Source: Parcubacteria group bacterium GW2011_GWB1_42_6 (GTDB taxonomy: Bacteria > Patescibacteriota > Minisyncoccia > Portnoybacterales > GWB1-42-6). From it: a stretch of 64,000 nucleotides of DNA. A program made the translations under genes and the position numbers. Below are positions 1 to 9,986 of the stretch, one piece after another; position 1 is the stretch's first letter; the number at the start of each line of letters is the position of its first letter. The notes beneath the pieces were generated by a model. It saw only the letters and a program-made list of their open reading frames with translations. It was not told the DNA's origin and made no database searches. The stretch is from NCBI GenBank assembly GCA_000997475.1, contig LCEC01000001.1, positions 375 through 64,374 on the forward strand, written 5' to 3'.

Positions 1-1
1 C

Positions 2-775
2 GTGATGCAGTCCGCTTTCGGGCAAACTTCCTCTTCGCTTTACTTCCAGCGCTTTGTCAAACACATTGAAGAAATTCTGACCGCGCCGCTTTCGTATTTG
101 GAGATGATTATCGGATATGTGGTGGCCGGAATTTTGCGGGGGCTTAAAGATGTTTTGCCCGAAATCGATGTTTTTGGAATCGAGCCGTCCATTGAAGAAT
201 CCGATTTTGCCAATCAAAAAGGCGTGAAAACCGAGACGACGCTTTTTGAAAATTTCAACGCCAAAAAATCGCGCCGGTTCGCGGCGATTTTTTGTATCCA
301 GAGCTTGAATCATTTGCTTGATCCCAAAAAGTTTTTCGATTGGTGCTTTGAAAATCTCGAGCCGGAGGGTTGTTTGGTTTTGGCGGTAAAAAATTTCCGC
401 GGCCAATGCCGCCGAGCCGGTTCCGTTTGGCGGGCCGCGCAAGTTGACCATCCTTTTATGTTTGTTCCCGAAACTCTCAAACTTTTTACGGAATCGGCCG
501 GATTCGAAATAATTTATTTTGACGTTGATGAATGGAAAAGCGCCAAAGAATTGCGGCTCCAGAAAGAAAAAGGAATTTCTTGCCACCACATAAGGCTTAT
601 CGCCAGAAAGAAAAAAGAAAAAGAATCCGTTTTGAACGTAACGGGCGGAAAAAACTGTCGGTCATCGCGTTTTTGGCTTTCTCCTTTGGCGCTCAAGATA
701 TTTTATTACCCGCTTTACGCCAATAAAACAAAATTTTTAAAAAAAATTTATGGCCGGATCAAAAATGGATTTTAA
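2..775 (+). CDS. Class I SAM-dependent methyltransferase, C-terminal part (5' end lies outside the window)
   Basis: ORF runs from the window edge. Methyltransferase-fold residues (LEPEGCLVLAV..) are present, and it sits directly upstream of the NeuB-like gene. Confidence 0.45.
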   Translation: MMQSAFGQTSSSLYFQRFVKHIEEILTAPLSYLEMIIGYVVAGILRGLKDVLPEIDVFGIEPSIEESDFANQKGVKTETTLFENFNAKKSRRFAAIFCIQSLNHLLDPKKFFDWCFENLEPEGCLVLAVKNFRGQCRRAGSVWRAAQVDHPFMFVPETLKLFTESAGFEIIYFDVDEWKSAKELRLQKEKGISCHHIRLIARKKKEKESVLNVTGGKNCRSSRFWLSPLALKIFYYPLYANKTKFLKKIYGRIKNGF

Positions 776-1832
776 TTTCAGCGGCAATCGCGTTTTTATC
801 ATCGCCGAAGCGGGCAAAAATTTCATCCAAACCCGGGAAGAAAAAACGTCCGAGGAATATTTGGCCAATGCCAAAGAATTGATCAGGCTGGCCTATGAAG
901 CCGGAGCCGACGCGGTGAAATTCCAAACCCACAATTTGGATGATGAGCAATTTGAAACGAATATAACTTCGCCCCATTTTTTAGGCAGCGATCGGTATAA
1001 TTGGATAAAACGCAATGATCGGGCGGCAACGATTGATTTTTGGAAAGAGTTAAAAGCTTTCGCGGATGAATTGGGCATAATATTTTTTTCCACTCCCATG
1101 AGCCGGGGAGCGGCCGTAAAATTGGAAGAAATCAATGTGCCGCTTTGGAAAGTCGGTTCGGGCGATATTCTTGATTTTGTGATGCTTGATTATTTGGCGC
1201 AAACGAAAAAACCGATAATTCTTTCTTCGGGGATGAGCACTTTGGAAGAAGTCGATCGGGCGGTGGAATTTTTGAAAAAAAGGGAATCCAAAATCGCGCT
1301 TTTGCATTGCGTTTCGCGTTATCCTTGTCCGCCCGACGAGCTCAATCTTAAGACTATAGAATTCTTTAAAAATCGCTACAAAGCGCCGATCGGTTTTTCG
1401 GATCACTCAATCGGCTTTGAAACGGTTTTGGCGGCCGTGGAGCTGGGAGCGGTTATAATAGAAAAGCATTTTTCATTGAGCCGCGATCTGTGGGGAGCGG
1501 ATCACAAAGTTTCCATGACTCCGGATGAATTTGAACAAATGGTCAAGGCCGCGCGCAAAACGCAGGCTTCCAAATTGACAAACTTGGGCTCAACGGATAA
1601 GCTTCTACAAGACGAAGAAGTCGTTTTCAGGCCGATTTTCCGCAAAATTTTGCGCGCCAGCCGCGATTTGAAAGAAGGGGAAATTTTGGAAAAAAACGAT
1701 ATCTACGCGATGAGGCCCCAAGAAGACGCCCAAGACGGGCTGCCTTCCGAAGATTACGAAAAAGTTTTGGGTAAAAAATTGAAAAGAGACATAAAAAAAT
1801 ACGATCCGATTTCTCGGGATGTTATTTTTTAA
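750..1832 (+). CDS. NeuB-family nonulosonic acid synthase (N-acetylneuraminate / legionaminic / pseudaminic acid synthase-like), copy 1
   Basis: N-terminal VFIIAEAGKNF..AVKFQTH motif typical of NeuB/PseI/LegI TIM barrel, with a C-terminal SAF-like segment; 360 aa. Confidence 0.8.
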   Translation: MAGSKMDFNFSGNRVFIIAEAGKNFIQTREEKTSEEYLANAKELIRLAYEAGADAVKFQTHNLDDEQFETNITSPHFLGSDRYNWIKRNDRAATIDFWKELKAFADELGIIFFSTPMSRGAAVKLEEINVPLWKVGSGDILDFVMLDYLAQTKKPIILSSGMSTLEEVDRAVEFLKKRESKIALLHCVSRYPCPPDELNLKTIEFFKNRYKAPIGFSDHSIGFETVLAAVELGAVIIEKHFSLSRDLWGADHKVSMTPDEFEQMVKAARKTQASKLTNLGSTDKLLQDEEVVFRPIFRKILRASRDLKEGEILEKNDIYAMRPQEDAQDGLPSEDYEKVLGKKLKRDIKKYDPISRDVIF

Positions 1833-3068
1833 TATTATGGAACAGCCAAAAAGAAAAAAAATATTGATTCCCATTTTAAACCGCGCCCACTACGGGCGTT
1901 TAAGGTCGGTTTTGAAAGCTGTCAACGACCATCCAAAACTCGAGCTGATGATTCTGGTCGCTTCTCCGCTGGCTTATAGCAGTTTTTTTTTAAATCTCAA
2001 ACACAGCCGGCCGGCTTTGAAAGGGCAGGCTTTGCGTTGGTATTTAAAAGCTCGTTTTCTCTCTTGGGCGGGAAAATTGAATCCCCGATTTTTAATCAAT
2101 AAAGATTTTTTGATAAAAAGCATTCTTGACGACGGGTTTCCCATTTACAGCCGCGTCCCTTTTTTCATAGACGGCGGATCATCCGTTTCCATGGCCAAAT
2201 CGGTCGGTTTCGGACTAATAAAACTGGCCGATGAATTTAACAGGCTGAAGCCCGATGCGGTTTTCGTGAATGCCGACAGATTTGAAATGATGGCGGTGGC
2301 GTTGGCGGAGCCGGTGACGTGAGCGGAACGATTGACGAAAGCGTCAGGCACGCCATTACGAAACTCGCTCAAATCCATTTCACTTCAACCCAAGCCAGCC
2401 GCAACCGCGTCATTCAAATGGGTGAAAACCCCCAAACCGTTTTCGCGGTCGGTTCGCCCTCAATCGATATAGTCAAAAATCTCGATTTGGACGCGCTTCC
2501 CAAAATTTTGCCGCCGGGTTTTCAAATCAAAGACCCCTATCTTTTGGTGGTTTTCCATCCGGTGGCTACGGAAAGTTCGCAAAAAAATATTGCTTTGACC
2601 GAAAATATTTTGAAAGCGGTTGAAAATATGGCGATGCCCGCTATTTTTTTGGGATCCAATATTGACGGCGGTTCCAAAGAAGTCGGTTTAATGGTGAAAA
2701 AATTTCTTTCCAAAAACTTGCCCTTCGTTCATTTTTACAAAACTTTGCCCCCGGATGATTTTTATCGTTTTTTGGCGGGCGCTTCCTGCGCCCTGGGCAA
2801 TTCGTCGAGCTTTATCAGGGAAGGCGCTTTTTTTGGCGCGCCGGCGGTTATTGTCGGATCGCGCCAGCAAAAAAGGGAGCGAGGAGAAAATATAAAAGAA
2901 GCCGGTTGCAAAGCCCAAGAAATAGAGAGAGCCGTGAAAGATCAGATCGCCCACGGACGCTTTGCTTCAAGTCTAATATTTGGTTCGGGGAAAGCCGGCG
3001 AACAAATCGCTCAAATTTTGGCCGAGACAAATCCTCCAATTCAGAAAACTTTTTTTGATCGGAGTTGA
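1819..3068 (+). pseudogene. UDP-N-acetylglucosamine 2-epimerase (hydrolysing) NeuC/LegG homolog, split by a frameshift plus a ~30-nt deletion near 2286-2322
   Basis: ORF 1819-2322 encodes the N-terminal half (..DAVFVNADRFEMMAVALA..). ORF frame +2, open from 2286, encodes the C-terminal half starting GGAGDVSGTIDESVRHAITKL, matching the conserved GGEVSGTIDE motif. About 11 residues of the active-site segment are missing between the two halves. Confidence 0.55.
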
Positions 3069-3117
3069 AATTCGCCTCATCCCCGGAGTTATTCGTAATT
3101 AACAGGAGAGAAGAAAC

Positions 3118-4572
3118 ATGAAAATTTTTTTAATCGGTTTTTCCAATGATATTTTCCGGGGCGTTGCCGAACAATTGGCCAAAGAACCGGATTTTGAAAT
3201 CGCTTATTGGACTTGCCGTTTTCCCGAAAAAGTTGACAGAACCAAGTTTCCCGAAGCGGTTATCCATTTTTCGGAAGACGCCATCAAGGGGATTCCGGCC
3301 CGCGATTTTAATGTTTTTGATTTTGAGCCTCTTGGCGAAGAATTGGCGGGCCAAATGTACGAATGCGAATCCCATGCCCTTACCATGATGAATCGAATGC
3401 ATTTTTCTTCTTCTTTGGGTGTTGATCAGCGAAAAAGAATATATTACGGCTATTTAAAATATTGGAACGGCATTTTGAAAAAATTTCAACCCGAAGCGAT
3501 TGTTTTTTCAACGATTCCCCATATGGGCTATGATTATGTTTTATACTGCTTGGCCAAAAATTTCGGCGTTAAAACTTTAATGTTTGATTTGACCAGAATT
3601 CCCGACAGGATTGTTCTGATGGATGATTTTAAAAAAGGGTTTCTTCCGTTAAAAAAATATTTGGCGGAAATGAAAAAAGACGTGAATTTGGCCGATCTGG
3701 ATGAAAAATTGCGAAATTATTATTCTCTTATGTCGGATAAAGAAAAAATTTATTATCCTCTTAATATCCCGACAGGATGGGAAAAGGCTTTAAAGAATAA
3801 AAGACGCGTAGTTCCTTCCGTTAAAATTAGATCTATTTTACGGGCCATAAAAAATAAAAATCTCGAAGAAAAATTGTTTGTCTTTCTTAATATTCTAAAA
3901 AGAAGAATATCGGTAAAAAAAATGGAAGAAGAATATTCGCGGCTGCAATTAAAACCCGATTTGAATAAAAAATTCATCTATTTTCCATTGCACGTCCAAC
4001 CTGAATGCACCACGTCTCCCTTGGGCGGAATTTTCGCCGATCAATTGCTCGTCGTTGAAATGTTGGCAAAAGCGCTGCCCGAGGATTGGCTGATTTATGT
4101 TAAGGAGCACAAATTTCAGCTGGTTAGAACGGCCGGGGGATACGCCAGATTCCCAAATTATTACAAATTTTTGACAAACCTCAAGAATGTCAATCTGGCG
4201 CCTATGAATTTTTCGAGCAATGAATTGATTTTAAAATCGCAGGCGGTAGCCACCATCACCGGCAGCGCCGGCTGGGAAGCTCTTTTTAGAGAGAAACCGG
4301 TTTTGGCGTTTGGTTATCCGGTTTATCAATTTTGCGACGGCGTTTTCCGCGTTTCAAACTTTAAAGAATGCCAAGAAGCGATTTTGGCCATTGTTAAAGG
4401 ATTCGCGCCTGACAAGCAAAAGGTGCTGAATTTTTTATCCGCTCTTAACGGAAGCGCGATAAAAGCCAATTTGAACTGCGGAGATTCCAAGGAAATTCGT
4501 CTTTCCGAAGACGCGAACATAAAAAATATTTCCGAAGCGATTCATAATCATTTATTTAAAAATCATGTTTAA
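3118..4572 (+). CDS. Capsule-polysaccharide biosynthesis family protein (KpsS/KpsC-like), putative nonulosonic-acid/Kdo-type transferase
   Basis: C-terminal motif TITGSAGWEALFREKPVLAFGYPVYQ resembles the Capsule_synth TVNSxxGxEAL..GKPV..G..Y signature; 484 aa, between NeuC-like and NeuB-like genes. Confidence 0.4.
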   Translation: MKIFLIGFSNDIFRGVAEQLAKEPDFEIAYWTCRFPEKVDRTKFPEAVIHFSEDAIKGIPARDFNVFDFEPLGEELAGQMYECESHALTMMNRMHFSSSLGVDQRKRIYYGYLKYWNGILKKFQPEAIVFSTIPHMGYDYVLYCLAKNFGVKTLMFDLTRIPDRIVLMDDFKKGFLPLKKYLAEMKKDVNLADLDEKLRNYYSLMSDKEKIYYPLNIPTGWEKALKNKRRVVPSVKIRSILRAIKNKNLEEKLFVFLNILKRRISVKKMEEEYSRLQLKPDLNKKFIYFPLHVQPECTTSPLGGIFADQLLVVEMLAKALPEDWLIYVKEHKFQLVRTAGGYARFPNYYKFLTNLKNVNLAPMNFSSNELILKSQAVATITGSAGWEALFREKPVLAFGYPVYQFCDGVFRVSNFKECQEAILAIVKGFAPDKQKVLNFLSALNGSAIKANLNCGDSKEIRLSEDANIKNISEAIHNHLFKNHV

Positions 4573-5578
4573 AAAAAATTCTGTTTTTATTATCGCCGAG
4601 GCGGGAATCAACCATAACGGTGATTTGGAAACCGCCGAGAAAATGGTTTTGGCCGCCAAAAAATGCGGCGCTGATGCCATAAAGTTTCAGTCATTGAAAG
4701 CCGAAGAGTTGATTATCGAAGAAGCGGGCAAGGCCGAACATATAAAAGGGAAGCAAAGCTTTTTCGAGATGATAAAAAGCTGGGAACTTTCCGAGAATGA
4801 TTATAAAAAGCTGGCTGATTTTGCCAAGAAAGAAGGAATAATTTTTTTCGCTTCGGTTTTCGGAAAGCAATCGCTTAATATTATGAAAAAAGCAGGAATG
4901 CCGCTTTATAAAATCGCTTCTTGCGATCTGAATAATCATTTTTTGCTTAAAGAAGTCGCTAAAACCAGAAAGCCGGTGATTATTTCCACGGGCATGGGCG
5001 ATATTAAAGAAATAAAAGAGGCGGTTAAAATTTTGGAAAAAGGGTCAAAAAAAATAGGCATTTTGCATTGCGTTTCTTTGTATCCGCCCGAGGCCCAAGA
5101 ATTGAATTTGCAGAGAATTCAATTGTTGGAAAAAATTTTTCCAAAATACGTTATTGGCTATTCGGATCACACCCTGGATATTTTGGCGCCCGCGGCGGCT
5201 GTCGCGCTGGGAGCGAATATAATCGAAAAGCATTTTACCTTGGATAAAAATATGCCCGGTCCCGATCAGCCAAGTTCCGCCGATCCCGCGGAATTTAAGA
5301 AAATGATTGAACAAATCAGATTTCTGGAAAAGGCGATTAACCGAGCCGAGAAAAACATTTTGCCCGGAAAACGCGAAAGCGAGATGAGGAAAATTTTTCG
5401 CCGAAGCTTGGTGGCCAACGAAGAGATTGCAGGGGGTTCTATAATTACGGCGGCCAAGCTTGGAATAAAAAGACCGGGAACAGGCATTCCTGCTTCACAA
5501 ATTGAGAAGGTAATCGGCAAAAAAGCCAAAAGAAATTTAGAAAAAAACACAATTTTGAAATTTGGCGATTTAATTTAG
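4565..5578 (+). CDS. NeuB-family nonulosonic acid synthase, copy 2
   Basis: VFIIAEAGINHNGDLETAEKMVLAAKKCGADAIKFQ motif and a C-terminal SAF-like domain; overlaps the upstream stop by 8 nt (translational coupling). Confidence 0.8.
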   Translation: MFKKNSVFIIAEAGINHNGDLETAEKMVLAAKKCGADAIKFQSLKAEELIIEEAGKAEHIKGKQSFFEMIKSWELSENDYKKLADFAKKEGIIFFASVFGKQSLNIMKKAGMPLYKIASCDLNNHFLLKEVAKTRKPVIISTGMGDIKEIKEAVKILEKGSKKIGILHCVSLYPPEAQELNLQRIQLLEKIFPKYVIGYSDHTLDILAPAAAVALGANIIEKHFTLDKNMPGPDQPSSADPAEFKKMIEQIRFLEKAINRAEKNILPGKRESEMRKIFRRSLVANEEIAGGSIITAAKLGIKRPGTGIPASQIEKVIGKKAKRNLEKNTILKFGDLI

Positions 5579-5579
5579 C

Positions 5580-6554
5580 ATGCAAATCGACGCGATTGGG
5601 AAAGTGAACAAAGATAATTATAAGCTGTTTCGGGACGGCAGTCTTTCGGGTTACGAAATTTATTTGGCCTCGGAAGACGATTTTGTTTTTTTGCCGGAGA
5701 TGTTGAAAGCTCTCAATATTGTTTCGGCGCATCAGCCCGGCCGGGGATTTAACTTGTGCCAAGAAGGAGAAATTGGTTGTTGGTCTTTTCAGACAATGGA
5801 AAAAATGCTGGCTGTTCTTAAGTCATGCGGCTACAAAGGGATCATAGTTATTCACGGCAATAATTTTGACGAATCGTCGCAAAATAGAGACGAATGCATG
5901 AAATTGCTGGCTGGGCGGCTGGATAAACTTAATAAAATTTCCGGCAAAATAAGAATCAGTCTGGAAACCGATGTTTTATTTTTTAATTTAATCGGGGCAA
6001 AAAGAGCTTTGCTCGCTTTGCCGGAAAATTTTAAGTTATTGACGAGTTTTATGAAATCTCCGCTTTTAATGACACTTGACTTCGAGCATATCTGGATAAC
6101 GTCGTTTTTTGCGGGATTTATCAAAGAACTGCCGGAATTTTATAAAGAATTCGATTTGATGGGCGATTCGGAAAAAGAGCTTGTCAAAAAGTCTTGGTTG
6201 AGCTATACCAAAGAGAAACTGAACGAGGCAGATCGGATAGTCGGGGAATCTCTAAAAAGATATTCAGAGACGAAAATTCCCATAATTAATTTTCATATCA
6301 ACGGCACGAATCCCGAAAAATATTGGTTCGATGAGAAAACTTTTTTGCCGCTTGAAGGCGAGCATCTTTGTTTGGGAGAGCCAGATGATAAATTGGATTA
6401 CGGTTTGATCGGCGAATATTTGCCAAGATTAACCCAGGAAGATTCGGCTAATCTTGTCATGGAAATCTGGCCTCGCGGAGCTTCCGATCGGGAATATTTT
6501 GAAAAATCTCTTGAATCGGCCGGATATCTTGAGAAAAAACTATGCCAAGCCTAA
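5580..6554 (+). CDS. Hypothetical protein, possibly a TIM-barrel sugar isomerase/epimerase-like
   Basis: 324-aa ORF within the cluster; weak resemblance only (IVVIHGNNF.., ISLETD). Confidence 0.3.
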   Translation: MQIDAIGKVNKDNYKLFRDGSLSGYEIYLASEDDFVFLPEMLKALNIVSAHQPGRGFNLCQEGEIGCWSFQTMEKMLAVLKSCGYKGIIVIHGNNFDESSQNRDECMKLLAGRLDKLNKISGKIRISLETDVLFFNLIGAKRALLALPENFKLLTSFMKSPLLMTLDFEHIWITSFFAGFIKELPEFYKEFDLMGDSEKELVKKSWLSYTKEKLNEADRIVGESLKRYSETKIPIINFHINGTNPEKYWFDEKTFLPLEGEHLCLGEPDDKLDYGLIGEYLPRLTQEDSANLVMEIWPRGASDREYFEKSLESAGYLEKKLCQA

Positions 6555-7168
6555 AACGTAAAAAAATAATAATAATTGGAGCAAGCGAACATGGAAAAAT
6601 CGCTCTTAACATTCTTCGTTATCAGAAAAACCTCGAGTTTGCCGGTTTTTTGGACGATAATAAAATGGCGGACAAAGAAGTAATCGGAAAGGTTTTTGAC
6701 TGGCCTAAATACGCCAAATATTTTTTTCATTTGGCTATTGGCGATAATTCGATTCGCGAAAAATTCTTTAAGATTTTAAATAAAGGCAATTGCCGTTTTA
6801 TTAATTTAATTCATCCCAAAGCTTTTATTGAAAAAGACGTTGTTTTGGGAGAAAGTGTTTTTGCGGGCGCGAACGCGTATATTAATATTGGCTCCAGAAT
6901 CGGCTCCGGAACAATCATAAATAATGGTTGCAATGTGGATCACCATAATATTATAGGTGATTTTTGCCATCTGGCCCCGGGAGTGATTACCGGCGGCGGA
7001 GTCAAAATCGCCGCCGGCGTTTTTGTCGGCCTTAACAGTGCGATTCGCGACCACATTAAAATAGGCGAAAACAGCTTTATCGGCATGGGGAGCGTAATAA
7101 CGAAAAATATTGAGAAAAATCTTTTAGTTTATAATAGACTGGAAATGAAAATCAAGAAACTTTCATGA
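6542..7168 (+). CDS. Hexapeptide-repeat sugar N-acetyltransferase (NeuD/PglD/LegH-like)
   Basis: N-terminal Rossmann-like IIIIGASEHGK, then left-handed beta-helix hexapeptide repeats (GANAYINIGSRIGSGTIINNGCNVDHH..). Confidence 0.75.
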   Translation: MPSLKRKKIIIIGASEHGKIALNILRYQKNLEFAGFLDDNKMADKEVIGKVFDWPKYAKYFFHLAIGDNSIREKFFKILNKGNCRFINLIHPKAFIEKDVVLGESVFAGANAYINIGSRIGSGTIINNGCNVDHHNIIGDFCHLAPGVITGGGVKIAAGVFVGLNSAIRDHIKIGENSFIGMGSVITKNIEKNLLVYNRLEMKIKKLS

Positions 7169-7186
7169 ACGATAAATAAAAAACCC

Positions 7187-7867
7187 ATGAAAAATATTTG
7201 CATTATTCCCGCCCGGGGCGGATCAAAAAGAATTCCCAAGAAGAATATTATTGATTTTCACGGCAAGCCGCTTATCGCCCACACCATTGAGGCGGCTGTC
7301 AATTCCAAGCTTTTCGGCAAGCATATTTATATCAGTTCGGATTTGGATGAAATTTTGGACGTGGCCGACAATTATTCTCAAGTTCAAAAACTCAAGCGCC
7401 CGGATGAAATTTCCGGGGATCGCGCGTCGCTCGAAGACGCCACTTTGCATCTGCTCGAATCGGTTGGAAAAGATTTTGATTATCTTTGCATGCTGATGCC
7501 CAGCTGTCCTTTGCGCAACGCGGAAGACGTCAAAAAGTCGTATAAAATTTTATTGGAGAAAAAAGGCGATTTTCTTATGAGTGTTATTGATTATTATTGG
7601 CTTTATCCTTTTTGGGCCATGCGGGAGAAAAAAGAAAACATTAAAATGTTTTTTGGCAAAAAATATTTGATTGATTCCAAAAAATTACCCAAGAATATTT
7701 ATTGCCCGTCGGGAGCAGTCCGCTGGGTCAGGGTGGAAAATTTTAAAAAAGAAAGAAAATACTATGGAAAAAATATCTTGAAATACGAGATACCTTTTGA
7801 GCGGGGAGCGGACATAGACAGTTTCGAAGATTTAGAACTGGCCAAAAAATTATACAAACTTTTATGA
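7187..7867 (+). CDS. CMP-nonulosonic acid synthetase (acylneuraminate cytidylyltransferase NeuA/LegF-like), copy 1
   Basis: ICIIPARGGSKRIPKKNI..GKPLIAHTIEAA motif of the CTP_transf_3 family. Confidence 0.8.
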   Translation: MKNICIIPARGGSKRIPKKNIIDFHGKPLIAHTIEAAVNSKLFGKHIYISSDLDEILDVADNYSQVQKLKRPDEISGDRASLEDATLHLLESVGKDFDYLCMLMPSCPLRNAEDVKKSYKILLEKKGDFLMSVIDYYWLYPFWAMREKKENIKMFFGKKYLIDSKKLPKNIYCPSGAVRWVRVENFKKERKYYGKNILKYEIPFERGADIDSFEDLELAKKLYKLL

Positions 7868-8985
7868 AAACGTATTCGATCGCCAAACCTCATATTGGCG
7901 AAAAAGAAATCAAAGCGGTTATCGAAGTTTTAAAAAGCGGCTCTTTGAGCCTGGGGCCGTATTATAAAAAATTTGAGGAAAGTTTCGCAAAAAAAATCGG
8001 CGTGAAATTCGCTTGCGCCGTTTCCAGCGGCACGGCGGGCTTGCATTTGGCAATGATCGCGGCGGGCGTCAGAGAGGGCGATGAGATAATTACTTCCCCC
8101 TTTTCTTTTATCGCTTCAGCTAATTGTATTTTATATGTTGGAGCCAGACCGGTTTTTGTTGATATTGATCCGGCCACTTGCAACATTGATCCCGAAAAGA
8201 TAGAAGAAAAAATCACCAAAAAAACCAAGGCGATTTTAGTCGCGCATATTTTCGGGCAAACCGCCGATATGGATCCGATCAGAGCTTTGGCGAAAAAATA
8301 CGATTTGAAAATAATTGAAGACGCTTGCGAATCTATTTTAGCCGAGTATAAAGGAAAGAAAGCCGGAACATTCGGGGAATCGGCCGTTTTCGCTTTTTAT
8401 CCCAACAAGCAGATGACGACGGGCGAAGGAGGAATGCTTGTGACGGATCAGGAAAAAATTTATAAAATGGCTTGCAGTTTGCGGAACCAGGGACGGTCGG
8501 AAAATATGCAATGGCTTGACCACCGACTTTTGGGATATAATTACCGGATGGATGAAATGAGCGCGGCATTGGGATTGATTCAGCTTCAAAAGATTGATTG
8601 GCTGATCGAGGAGCGCCGGAAAGTCGCCAAGCTCTATGAAAAACATCTTTTCGGACACAATGATCTGTTGCGGTTGCCGGTTGCCGTCGAAGGCAATACG
8701 CATACTTGGTTTGTTTACGCAGTCAAAATAAAAAACAAAAAGACGAACAGGAATGAAGTAATCGAAAAAATGAAAAATCGCGGCATAAGCGCAAAGCCTT
8801 ATCTTCCCTCAATTCATCTTTTTAAATTCTACCGGGAAAAATTTGGTTTTAAAAACGGCGATTTTCCGGTATCGGAAGAAATCAGCCGTTATTCCCTGGC
8901 TTTGCCTCTTTACATCGGGCTTAAAGAAAAGGACATAAAATACATTTCCGGTGAACTGGCCGGAATTTTAAAAAAAATCAAATGA
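7864..8985 (+). CDS. DegT/DnrJ/EryC1/StrS-family PLP-dependent sugar aminotransferase (LegC/PseC/PglE-like)
   Basis: 373 aa with a typical fold-type I aminotransferase pattern; start overlaps the upstream stop (ATGA). Confidence 0.85.
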   Translation: MKTYSIAKPHIGEKEIKAVIEVLKSGSLSLGPYYKKFEESFAKKIGVKFACAVSSGTAGLHLAMIAAGVREGDEIITSPFSFIASANCILYVGARPVFVDIDPATCNIDPEKIEEKITKKTKAILVAHIFGQTADMDPIRALAKKYDLKIIEDACESILAEYKGKKAGTFGESAVFAFYPNKQMTTGEGGMLVTDQEKIYKMACSLRNQGRSENMQWLDHRLLGYNYRMDEMSAALGLIQLQKIDWLIEERRKVAKLYEKHLFGHNDLLRLPVAVEGNTHTWFVYAVKIKNKKTNRNEVIEKMKNRGISAKPYLPSIHLFKFYREKFGFKNGDFPVSEEISRYSLALPLYIGLKEKDIKYISGELAGILKKIK

Positions 8986-9980
8986 CTCCGAATATATTCA
9001 AAAATAAAATAATTCTTGTGACGGGCGGAACCGGTTCAATCGGGTCTAAAATAGTGGAACGCCTCTTGGATCTTGAACCGCGCCAAATCCGGGTGCTTTC
9101 CAGGGATGAAAGCAAGCAATACGATCTGATTGAAAAATACGGCCACCCGAATAGTTTGAGAATGTTCATCGGCGACATCAGGGATCGGGAAAGATTGGAT
9201 TTGGCTTTTAAGGGTGTGGATATCGTTTTTCATGCCGCCGCTTTGAAGCATGTTCCTTTTTGCGAGTATAACCCCTTTGAGGCGGTAAAAACCAATATCG
9301 TCGGATCGCAGAATGTGATAGAAGCGGCTTTAAGGCATAATGTTTGGCGGGTGATCGGCATTTCAACGGACAAGGCGGCCAATCCCGTCAACATTTTAGG
9401 AACTTCAAAACTGATGATGGAAAAGCTTTTTATTAACGCGAACAATTATGTCGGGTCGGCTTCCACCAGATTTTCTTGCGTCAGATTCGGCAATGTCGCT
9501 TGGGCGAGGGGATCGGTTTTCCCTCTCTGGCAAAACCAGGTGAAAAAACATAAAAATATCGATGTAACCGACGGAGAAATGACCAGATTTTTAATGTCCA
9601 CCGTGGATGCGTGCGAACTTGTTTTGGATGCAACCAAATTGGCCAAGGGCGGAGAAATTTTTATTTTAAAAATGCCTTCCATAAAATTATTGGATTTGGC
9701 GGAATTGTTCATAAATAAGTATCATCCCCGGGAAAACATAAAAATCAAATTAATCGGTTTGAGACCCGGAGAAAAAAAACACGAAGATTTGCTTGATGCC
9801 AATCTGGAAAACGCCGAGATTCATGAGGGCAAAAAGATGTTTATAATCGTTCCGCAGATGGAAATTTACGGCTGGAAAGGAAAAAAAGCGGTTTATGCCG
9901 GTTTCAAGAAGATTTCAAAACAAGAAAAGTATTCTTCCGAGGATCGGATTAACAAAGAAAAAATAAAAGATATTATCTAA
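8982..9980 (+). CDS. UDP-N-acetylglucosamine 4,6-dehydratase (PseB/LegB/CapD-like short-chain dehydrogenase)
   Basis: IILVTGGTGSIGSKIV Rossmann motif and Polysacc_synt_2-like organisation. Confidence 0.8.
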   Translation: MTPNIFKNKIILVTGGTGSIGSKIVERLLDLEPRQIRVLSRDESKQYDLIEKYGHPNSLRMFIGDIRDRERLDLAFKGVDIVFHAAALKHVPFCEYNPFEAVKTNIVGSQNVIEAALRHNVWRVIGISTDKAANPVNILGTSKLMMEKLFINANNYVGSASTRFSCVRFGNVAWARGSVFPLWQNQVKKHKNIDVTDGEMTRFLMSTVDACELVLDATKLAKGGEIFILKMPSIKLLDLAELFINKYHPRENIKIKLIGLRPGEKKHEDLLDANLENAEIHEGKKMFIIVPQMEIYGWKGKKAVYAGFKKISKQEKYSSEDRINKEKIKDII

Positions 9981-9986
9981 AAAGCG

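Noticed and set aside
2319-3068. Treating the downstream epimerase fragment as an independent gene starting at GTG 2319
   Set aside because: The reading frame is open from 2286 and continues the NeuC catalytic motif. It is the 3' half of a disrupted gene, not a separate gene.
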